Origin: an uncultured delta proteobacterium
GTDB taxonomy: Bacteria; Myxococcota_A; Polyangia; Polyangiales; Polyangiaceae
Direction: 5' to 3'
Assembly (NCBI GenBank): GCA_963731595.1
Contig: CAVSWE010000003.1
Span: 236,948 to 300,947, forward strand
Length of the DNA: 64,000 bases
Below the pieces are notes generated by a model that was given only the letters and a program-made list of their open reading frames with translations, did no database searches and was not told the origin of the DNA. Made by a program: the position numbers and the translations under genes. Below, piece by piece: positions 29,496-38,680 of this stretch (position 1 is its first letter; each line of letters begins with the position of its first letter).

Positions 29496-31848
29496 CTAGA
29501 AATGGAATCTCACTCCGACCATGATCGTTCCGACATTGTAGTTTGGCGAGGCGTATCCGGGTGTCAGGATCGAGACGGCCTTGGTGCCGGCACCCTGGAT
29601 CGACGACGCGCGGTCGTAGAAGCTGTTGTCGCTGTAATAGCTCCAGGTGGCCTCGACCAGCAATTCCGTTTGCGGCATCAGCTTGTAGACTCCGGTCAGC
29701 CTGAGGCATGTCCATCGCGAATCGATGTCGGGATAGTTGCTCACGTTCTGATAGGACGCCGTCGGAACAGGTCACAAAGACGCCGTTGTACTGGCTGAAC
29801 AACACCGAACCGTAGGCGAAGGTGTATTCGCCGCGAGCATCAGCGTGTCGTTGACCTTCCAGTCGCCGCTCAATCCGATGGTATTGACGTCGCTGGTGTA
29901 CTCGTTCTGGAAGAACCCGGCGCTTCCCGTGCAGGCCGGCGGTAGCGGCCTGGGCGGCGGTCGAGCAGGCGCCGTTGCCGATATTGTTGAAGTAGATGCG
30001 CTCGAAGGTATAGAAGGAGTGGAGGCGCACATCGTCGCGCGGCCGGTAGTCGACACTCGGCGTGACAGTGATGTTGTAATCCTCTTGATGCCTCCGCCGA
30101 CGCCCGTAAGGGGGGGAACGTTGGTGCCGATGGTGGCCGCCGCGGGATAGGTGTAGTGTCGTCTTTCTACTGAAGGTACAGGCTGGCGACACGTTTTGCG
30201 TCGGCGAGTAGTCAGCCAAGAGCTTGATCGCGTTCGAAGTCATGGGAGCCTGGTAGTAGGCGCCGGAGTAGGTCAGGTCCGTAGCATTGGGGGTCCCCGC
30301 CAGATTCGCCCAGGGGGTCAGGTAGTTGAGCAGCCGCTGCGGTCGGAGTACTCGTAGGAGAGCCTGCCATAGACCGGCCCCGACCTGAGACATCAGCCTG
30401 ACCGCTACGGTGTTGGTGTTGCTGCTCCGACCTGGGCGTTGCTGCGACTGATGTGGTCGTACCGGTAGCCGACCGTCAGCTTGGTGTCGGTCTCGGGGTC
30501 GATTCTGTAGCCCACGTCGCCGCCCGCATTCTGCTTCGTCCAGCCTTGCGGCACGACGAAGTAGAAGGCGTTGAAGTTGGCGTCGCTTTCACCGCCGGTG
30601 CTGCCGGTGATAGACCTTGTACTGGTTGAGGCTGACGCGGCGGTCGGTCATAGCCGTAGTAGGCGTTGGCTCCCAATTGGGGACCGGATGCGAATACACG
30701 CTCGACTTTGAGCTGGATAGACCTTGGCTCGGGCGTCCGGGGAATTGGCGCTCGTTCCCTGCAGGGCGGGGTTGAGATTGCCAATCCAGGGGTGCCCGTG
30801 CGGATTGGGATCGGCGGTGTCCGGCGGGAACGGTGTCGTCCTGAAATTCCAGGCCGAGGCGCAGATTCAGATTGATGCGCGTGTTCGGCACATGGCGTTG
30901 GTCGCCGCCATGCAACGTCAGGTAATGGGCGGTGTTGCTGGGCGGCGTCGAATAAGCCGCCGACAGCTGATACGGAACCGCCGTATTCGAGAACGGGTAG
31001 GGAAGGTTGACGAAGCTGTTGCCGTCATGGAAATGCGAAAACGTGTACTGCAGCGACAGCCTGGTTCACGCGCGTGGCGTAGGCGAGCGATCAGCGTCGT
31101 AGCGGTCGGTAGTGTAGTCGATCGGCAGGGCAAACGCCGTCCCGCCCCAAGGCCCGATGAACGACTCCTCCAGCGAGCCTTCCTTGTACTCGTGGCGGAA
31201 GGCGCCGTTGAAGGTCCAGTCGCCGTAGAAGTACTTGAAAGTGCCGCCGAGGATGTCGCGACGGGTGCCCGTCTGCACGGGCTGCATGGCGCCGGTCGCA
31301 CTGAGCACCGGGATGGTCAAGAAGGCTTTGGTGAGCTGCCCGGCGCGCTGGCGGTCGCGCCGCCCCACGGCGTGAGGCCGCTATTTAGCGTCGCCTGCCC
31401 GCCGTTGACGTTATAGATCGAGTCGATAACGTTGCCGGTGTAGGTAATGGCGTCGTAGGCGAGCCCTGCCTCCCACGTAGCCCTGCCGGCCGAAGTTGAC
31501 GTCCACCGAGCCGTTGTTGACCAGATCGTTGGACGAGTTGGCCGGGTTGACTCAAAGTTGGCCAGGCCATGGCCGGTCTGGAAGACCAGATTGTCGCCGC
31601 CGGCGTTGAAGTACGCGCGTCGGCGGACTCCCAGAGGCGGTCTTGTAACAGGCAAATTGGCCGACGACGTCGACGCCGGTCGTATTGAGGCCGTCGTAGC
31701 GGCCGGCCAGGTTCGCGTTGGTACCGAAGACCCCCATCAGACCCGATCCGACCTCGGCCGCTGATCGGCGCGTCGCCGGCGAATGCGTCGAGCGACGCCA
31801 GGCAGGCAGTAGCCATTAGGGCGGCCTTGAGCTATTTCGATAGATCAT
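29496..31848 (-). CDS. MtrB/PioB/MtoB-family outer-membrane beta-barrel (decaheme-associated porin), many frame interruptions
   Basis: Signal-peptide-like start (MIYRNSSRP/ALMATACLASLDAFA); barrel-type segments GVFGTNANLAGRYDGLNTTGVDVVGQFA, GGTFKYFYGDWTFNGAFRHEYKEGSLEESFIGPWGGTAFALPIDYTTDRYD, YNITVTPSVDYRPRDDVRLHSFYTFERIYFNN; C-terminus ..YNVGTIMVGVRFHF ends in Phe; about 780 aa immediately downstream of the decaheme gene. Confidence 0.7.
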
Positions 31849-31878
31849 CTCAACCCCCATCTGCTTGTATCGTTCGCA

Positions 31879-32906
31879 TCAGCGGAAGAAGTAGGCTCCG
31901 CTCGGGCTGTTCGACCCGTGGACCTGCGAGTGGCAATTCAGGCATGTTCTCTGGTTCGCCAGCGCTGAGTTGAAGGAGGCTGCTCCCCGTCTGCGAGTGG
32001 AACGGAATCGAGCGCGTTCCCGCCGAAAGCTCCGCCGCTGTTGTTGGCCTGCGCGCTGTGGCAGGAAGAGCAGAGGAAGTTCTCCGGCTCAAGCAACAGG
32101 CGCGCCTGGTTCGACCCGTGCGGCGTGTGGCAGTTGGTGCAGTTCTCGCGCACCGGCTGATGTTCCCACAGCATCGGCCCACGCTTGTCGGCGTGGCAGT
32201 TGTAACAGGTCTCGTTGACGGTGAATTCCTTCAGCTGATTGGGCCCCGGCGAGCCGTGCGGGTTGTGGCAGTCGGAGCACACGACCTGCCCTTCGCGTAT
32301 CGGGTGGTGCGAGTACTCGAGCGACTCGGCCTGTTGCTGGGCGTGGCAGGTGAAGCACACTTTCGAACTGCGTCGCCTTCACCAGCACCGGATCCTTGGT
32401 CGCGTGCGCGGTATGGCAGTTGGTGCAGGCGATGTCGTTGCTCTGGTGCGGGCTGCCCTTCCAGTTCATGCGCAGGCCGGACTCGTGGCAGTCCAGGCAC
32501 ACCGCATTGCGCTCCTCGACCGGCGAGATGTCCGCCCAAGGCACATGCGGTTTGCTGAACAGAATCGGAGGCAGGATCAGGTTGCCGTCCGGTCCCGTTT
32601 TGCCGTTGGCGTGGTCCCCGGCCGGGCCGTGGCAGGATTCGCAACCGTGCTGGGCGAAGGGCGAGCGCGGATCGCCCTTGGCCGCCATCGGCGTCTGCAG
32701 GATGTAATCGACCGGGTGCGAGTTATGGCATCCGAGGCAGGTTTTCTCCCCCTCGGCGGAATACGGCTGATTCATACGCGCGCTTGACTCGCGCCGGCGT
32801 TGGCTTGATCGCCGCTGGGCTGGGCGTTGGCCGCAATCCCGGCCAGCATGCCACCCATCAGCAGAACCGCGCCGAAGGCAAACTTTAGGATTGCGCCCTG
32901 AGCCAT
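31879..32906 (-). CDS. Periplasmic decaheme c-type cytochrome, MtrA/DmsE/MtoA/PioA family (10 CxxCH), 3 frame interruptions
   Basis: Signal peptide MAQGAILKFAFGAVLLMGGMLAGIAANA; hemes CLGCH, CESCH, CLDCH, CTNCH (frame 0), CFTCH, CSDCH, CYNCH, CTNCH, CSSCH (frame 2), CLNCH then SQVHGSNSPSGAYFFR-stop (frame 1). Confidence 0.8.
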
Positions 32907-34113
32907 GATTCTCCCTCGCTTTTCCTGCGTCGCACCGGAAACTGCCGATGCAACCCGCGTCTTCCAACACCTTCCCAGCCGTGCAGAACGCTTTACCGTA
33001 TCTTATGCGGACGTCCCGCGATCGAGCTGCGACAGTTAGTCGCAGGCGCGGCGGCACTAGGGAAGGCTCGGTGACCGAGCGGTTTTCTTTGCCCGTATTG
33101 TGGCAGGGTGGCTGACATTCAGCCCCGAAGTACAGCACAAGCGGCTGCGTGCGATCGAACACCCGCTGGGCAAAAAACGCCTGGGTTCGGAGAAACTCCG
33201 GGCCAAACTGCGCCGCTTGCAACACCCTGCCTCCCTGCCGTGTTGCGACTGATGCTCGAGCCACATAATGCGCTGCGCTCGCGCGGCGCAATGGCCGAAT
33301 TGTTCGCCTTACTTTCTTACAGCTCGACGCCGGGAATACTGATCCAAGTCAAGGATCTTGCAGACGGCGGAAGCGTCTGTTGTAGAAATGACACAGTCCT
33401 TGGCGAGCGGAAGTGGGCCCAACCGCCAGGGCGATGGTCGGCGCGCGCGCCTTGGCGGCACGGACCCGAACCCTGCGTAGAGGGGGCGCAGGTCAGCCGC
33501 GACTCCGATGTAGTCGCAACCGCCGGCGTCTCCCTTGCTGTGCGACGGACCCTGCAGGGGCGGCCCTTCCGGCCTGCACGCAGGGTTAAGGAAGCGCCGC
33601 ACCTGCCCTCGCCTTGATGCTGAACGGCCGATCGCCCGATTTGTCTCGGCACGACGACCGCCCCGGGTGATCAGGTGGGCCGCTCAGACCTGCTGCCGCC
33701 ACTTCGATGACCGGCGGATAGAGGCCCGCGTTCCTACGGGGATTATTTTCCGATGCCCAGCGCGGGCAACTATAAGATCAGTGTTCGCATATCTCGGCCC
33801 GGGACTGCAAAGCCCATCGAGGCGCAGTTTCTGTACGCGCGCCCGTGACGATGCATTGCCCGCACGACGCGCCGTGGCACCCTTCGCCGGCTCACGACCG
33901 ACTTCCGGACAGCTGGGCGGAATGGAACCGCGGCGCGATCGGTCTTCAGAGGATTGCCGCAAGCCCATACGCGAATGCAACCCGAGGCTGGCCGGCGAGT
34001 GCGAGCGGGTTGAGCGCCCGCGGCCTGAGTTAGATCAAGTCGACCACGGGACTGGCAGCACTTGCAGCTCCGCGCGGAGCGCCAGCATCCCACCCGTGGC
34101 GCCTGAGGCGTGT

Positions 34114-34700
34114 TCAAACAGGGGCACGCAGCACCACCGTCAGGGTGCGGATTCCCTGGGCACCGTGGATTAATACGCCCTCGATATCCGCGGTCGCCGA
34201 CGGCCCGGTCATGAATACACCGTAGCGGGCATCGAACTGCGCGCGTTCGCGATAGGCATGGTGAAGGTTGCCCACGATGCGGCCGGGGTCAAGCAGGACG
34301 ACCAGGTGCTGCGCAAGAAAGCCGAGGCTATTTACCCTGAACTCCTTTTCGGTCAGCCACACCGAACCGGTCTCGGCGATCCCGTACACTGCGCGCACGA
34401 CCCCCACGTCGACCGCGTTCAGCTCCCCTGGGCTTTTTACGCGGTCGAGGGGCAGGTTGCCCCGGACCTCCGGCGTCGCCGAGCACACGATCAGGGCATC
34501 CGGAAAGAGCTGCCGGATGAGTGCATCGAGATCGCCGTCACTGGGTGCTGTGGCGAGCTTGCCGCCCATCCGGACGAGCGCGGCCTTGAACCCCTCGAGC
34601 GCCGAGCCCGTTGGAGCGCCGAAGGCCGGTACCGGGGGCAGTGGCTGGGGGGGTGGCTGGTTTTTCCGGATTCGTCCCAGAATATCGTCGCGGCTGCTCA
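34114..34700 (-). CDS. lutC: Lactate utilisation protein C (LUD domain)
   Basis: SSRDDILGRIRKNQ..; last gene of the lutABC unit, LUD-domain protein. Confidence 0.65.
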
Positions 34701-36074
34701 CTGCTTGCTCCGATTCTTCAGGTACCACTGGCGAAAAGTGAGCTGGGGTGCCGCGGGGACTTCGCGCTGGCGGCCCCAAGCATTTAGCCGGTTGTACATC
34801 ATGAACCGCGGCAGATGTTCGATTCCGGCGCCGGCGGTTTCAACCGCGGCGCGATAGACCTTTGGGTTTGCAAGGACCTTGCCAGCAACCTGCATCGCCT
34901 CCTGCTTTACGAACGGCAGTTGGCCACGCTCGGCGATTACCTGCCGCCACTTGTAGATCTGCTCGTGGATGTTGATCTTGACCGGGCAGACACTGGTACA
35001 ACTGCCGTTGAGTGTCGAGGCGAACGGCAGCGAACTGTATTTGCGCAGATTGAAAGTGGGATCGATGATTACGCCGATCGGCCCGGAATAGGTTGCGCCG
35101 TAGGAGAGGCCGCCGCTGCGCCGGTAGACCGGACAAGTGTTCATGCAGGCGCCGCAGCGGATGCACTTGAGCGAATACCAGAAATCCGGCATGCCTAGCC
35201 GCTCCGAGCGCCCGTTGTCGACCAAGACGATGTGCATTTCAGTGCCGTCGCGCGGCGCGCGGAAATGCGATGTGAGTTGCGTGATCGGTGAGCCGAGGGC
35301 GCTCCGCGACAGCATCCGCACGAATACGCCAAGATGCTCGATTTTGGGAATGATCTTCTCGACACCGATTGAAGCGATATAGAGCGGCGGCAGGTTCACG
35401 CTCAGGTCGGCGTTGCCCTCGTTGGTGCAGACGACTACTGTGCCGGTTTCGGCGACGGCGAAATTGGCGCCGGTCATGCCAGCGTCGGCCTTGAGGAAGT
35501 ACGGCCGCGTGTGCTGGCGCTGGCTTTCCGCGAGGTAGTGCACGTCGCTGTTCTTGGGGTCGGTGCCGATCGTCTCCGCAAAAACTCGGGCCACATCGGT
35601 TCTGAGCTTGTGCACGGCCGGGACAACGATGTGGCTGGGGGGTTCGTTGTCGAGCTGCTGGATGCGCTCGCCGAGGTCGGTTTCCATGACCTCGATGCCC
35701 CGATTTTCGAGAAAGGGCCGCATCTCGCATTCGTCGGTAAGCATCGACTTGGCTTTGACCAAGGTTTTCGCGCCATGTGCGCTCATGATGTCAAAGACGA
35801 TCTGGTTGTGCTCGGCAGCGTCCTTGGCCCAATGGACGCGGGCGCCGTTTGCAATCGCCTTGCGCTCGAACTCCTCCAGGTAGTCTGCGAGATGCGTCAG
35901 CGTATGCTCCTTGATCGCAGATGCGAGCGCGCGCAGCTCCTCCCACTCGGGGAGAAGCTCGCTCTCCCGGTCGCGCTTCTGTCGCAGGTCCCAGAGCCTC
36001 TGGTCGTGAAAGTCGAGATGGTCCTTCGCCCTGATGAACTTCGACGAGGCTTCTGCGTGGTCGATACGTTTCAT
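34698..36074 (-). CDS. lutB: Lactate utilisation protein B (4Fe-4S plus LUD domain)
   Basis: MKRIDHAEASSKFIRAKDH..; CIRCGACMNTCPVY, CTSVCPVKINI; LUD/DUF162. Confidence 0.8.
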   Translation of the reverse strand: MKRIDHAEASSKFIRAKDHLDFHDQRLWDLRQKRDRESELLPEWEELRALASAIKEHTLTHLADYLEEFERKAIANGARVHWAKDAAEHNQIVFDIMSAHGAKTLVKAKSMLTDECEMRPFLENRGIEVMETDLGERIQQLDNEPPSHIVVPAVHKLRTDVARVFAETIGTDPKNSDVHYLAESQRQHTRPYFLKADAGMTGANFAVAETGTVVVCTNEGNADLSVNLPPLYIASIGVEKIIPKIEHLGVFVRMLSRSALGSPITQLTSHFRAPRDGTEMHIVLVDNGRSERLGMPDFWYSLKCIRCGACMNTCPVYRRSGGLSYGATYSGPIGVIIDPTFNLRKYSSLPFASTLNGSCTSVCPVKINIHEQIYKWRQVIAERGQLPFVKQEAMQVAGKVLANPKVYRAAVETAGAGIEHLPRFMMYNRLNAWGRQREVPAAPQLTFRQWYLKNRSKQ

Positions 36075-36814
36075 GCCCGTGCCCCGTTCAGGATTTGTGC
36101 AATGTGAATGAACTTGATCGGTAGCCCCATCCGCTCCGCGCACCCGCGCTGATGCATGAGGCACGACATGTCGGCGGAGACGATGTACTCCGCGCCGGCC
36201 TTCTGATGAGCGATCACTTTGTCGTAACCCATCTTCGCCGAGACTGGTTCCTCGAACACCGAGAATGTTCCGCCGAAGCCACAGCACTCGTCAGGGCGCT
36301 GCGGTGTAACGAACCGGATGCCCTTCACCTTGGATAGCAGGTCGAGCGGCTTGGAGAAGAACGGCTCGTTGATCTCGGACATCTTGGCCGTATGCAATGC
36401 CCGAAGCGATGCGCAACCGTTGTGGAGGCCGACTGCGTGCGGAAATTCCGCCCACGGGAATTCCCGTACCTTCAATACATCATGTACGAACTCCACCAGC
36501 TCGTACGTCGCCTTGCGGACCTTGATGGTGTCCCTGGTTTGGCGGACTGCAGTCAAGTTTTCACGTACGTGGTGGGTGCAGCTGCCGGAAGGCGTGACGA
36601 TATACTCAAAGCCGGCAAAATTTTTCACGAATAGGGCTTCGGTGGCAGCTGCTTCTTTCTCGCAGCCGCTGTTGCCCATCGGTTGTCCACAACACGTTTG
36701 TTCCAGAGGATAGGCAACTTCGACGCCCAAGCGCTCGAGCAGCTCAAGGGTTGCGATGCCGACCTCCGGGAAGAACGCATCGACATAACAGGGAACGAAA
36801 AGCGCTACTTTCAT
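36071..36814 (-). CDS. lutA: Lactate utilisation protein A (CCG-domain Fe-S oxidoreductase)
   Basis: MKVALFVPCYVD..CCGQPMGNSGC..ECCGFGGTF.. Confidence 0.8.
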   Translation of the reverse strand: MKVALFVPCYVDAFFPEVGIATLELLERLGVEVAYPLEQTCCGQPMGNSGCEKEAAATEALFVKNFAGFEYIVTPSGSCTHHVRENLTAVRQTRDTIKVRKATYELVEFVHDVLKVREFPWAEFPHAVGLHNGCASLRALHTAKMSEINEPFFSKPLDLLSKVKGIRFVTPQRPDECCGFGGTFSVFEEPVSAKMGYDKVIAHQKAGAEYIVSADMSCLMHQRGCAERMGLPIKFIHIAQILNGARA

Positions 36815-36993
36815 CACTGCAATTCTCACTGTCACGTTGATTGGTGCCTCCATGAACTACGCCCCGGCGAGCGCCTGTCAAACCCGCGCGCGGTTCGATG
36901 ATCGAGAAGGCTGGGAAAGGTCGCTCGTTCAATGGCCCTCTCGCACCGGGTGGAACCCGCGGGTCAAGCCGGCCGCAGAGGCCGCGAATTGCG

Positions 36994-38671
36994 CTAGGGG
37001 ATCATGCCAGTCAGGAAATACGCCTGCACGTAGGTTACAACGCAGATGATGAGCAGGAAGAGCAAGCTCCACTTTACCGTAAAGCGCAGCAGCTCCGATT
37101 CGCGGCCGACCAGGCCGACGGCAGCACACGCAACGGCAATCGATTGGGGCGAAATCATCTTGCCGGTAACCCCGCCAGTGCTGTTCGCCGCCACCATGAG
37201 GACATCGCTGACACCGATCTGGTGGGCCGTGATGCTTTGCAGACTGGCGAACAGCGCGTTGCTTGACGTATCGGAGCCGGTCAGGAATACGCCGAGCCAG
37301 CCAAGCACCGGCGCGAAGAACGGGAACAGCTGCCCGGTTGAGGCCAACGCCAGCGCCAGGGTCGATGAAATTCCCGAGTAGTTGGCAATGAAGGCGAAGC
37401 CTAGGACACACGCGATCGTGAATATCGGCTTGACCAGATCGATCAGCGTGTCCTTGAACACGGCCAACCCGTCGCGAATCGACATGCCCAGGACAAAGAT
37501 CGACAGGACCGCGGACAACAATATCCCGGTACCGGTGGCCGAGATCAAGATCCAGGTTGTAGATCGCCGCGTAGGGCGTGTCCTTGGCCACGACCGGCGT
37601 CGTCCTTATCACAAGCTCATGCAGGCCTGAGACCTTGTAGCTGAGCACGGTGCTGCTGAGCGTGCCGCCGGGAGCAAACATCGCCTTGAACGCCGGCAGG
37701 CTCCAGATCACCACGATTACAGTCAGGATAATAAATGGCGACCACGCCTTGATAATATGCGCCGTCGTATACCTCGAGTGGCCCGCCCCTTGCACCGGAA
37801 TAGGCACGTGTCTCGGCGCGCCTCCGCCGGTAACGGCACTAAACACAAATGCCTCACGTGGTTGCCAGAACTTGAGGAAGGCGGTGGTTGCCACCAGGCA
37901 GAGCAGCGCGGACGTGATGTCCGGCAGTTCCGGCCCGATGAAGTTGGAGGTGAAAAATTGCGTTACCGCAAACGTCCCGCCCGCCACGAGCACGGCCGGC
38001 CATGTCTCGCGCACTCCCTTTAGGCCATCCATCAGCCAGACGAGAAAGATGGGCACGAACACCGACAACAGCGGCAACTGCCGGCCGGCCATCTTGCCGA
38101 CCAGCATCGGATCAATCCCGGCCGTCTTGCCGGCGACGAGTATGGGGATGCCGAGGGCGCCAAAGGCTACCGGCGCCGTGTTGGCGATCAGGCACAGGCC
38201 GGCCGCGTAGAGTGGATTTAGTCCCAGTGCGGCAAGAATCGCAGCCGTAATCGCGACCGGCGCGCCAAAACCCGCCGAGCCTTCCAAGAAGGCGCCGAAG
38301 GCAAAACCGATGAGAATGACTTGCAGCCGTTGGTCCTTGGTAATCGACACAACCGAGGAGCGGATGATCTCGAACTGCCCGGACTTGACGGACAGCTTGT
38401 ACAAGAACACCGCATTGAGGATGATCCAGGAGATCGGCCACAGGCCGAAAGCCATGCCGTTGGCGGTGGCTCGCAGGGCGAGCCCCGCCGGCATTCCGTA
38501 GACGGTGAGCGCTATGATGACCGTCACCACGATAGTCCCCAAGCCCGCGAGATAGCCCTCCCACCGCAGGACGGCAAGCGTGACAAAGAAGAACACAATC
38601 GGCAACGCCGCGACGAGCGCGGACAACCACAGGTTGCCGAGCGGGTTATAGACCTGCGTCCAGACTTCCAT
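36994..38671 (-). CDS. lctP: L-lactate permease (LctP family), 1 frame change near 37550
   Basis: About 400 aa in one frame ([28 protein letters not shown]..) and the final ~180 aa in another (..[26 protein letters not shown]). Confidence 0.8.
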
Positions 38672-38680
38672 GTCGTCTCC

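Noticed and set aside
33108-34173. Several 100-210-aa ORFs on both strands (33108..33617, 33535..34173, 33317..33652, 33770..34117)
   Set aside because: Mutually overlapping, extreme Arg/Pro/Ala bias, no motifs; consistent with non-coding GC-rich DNA.
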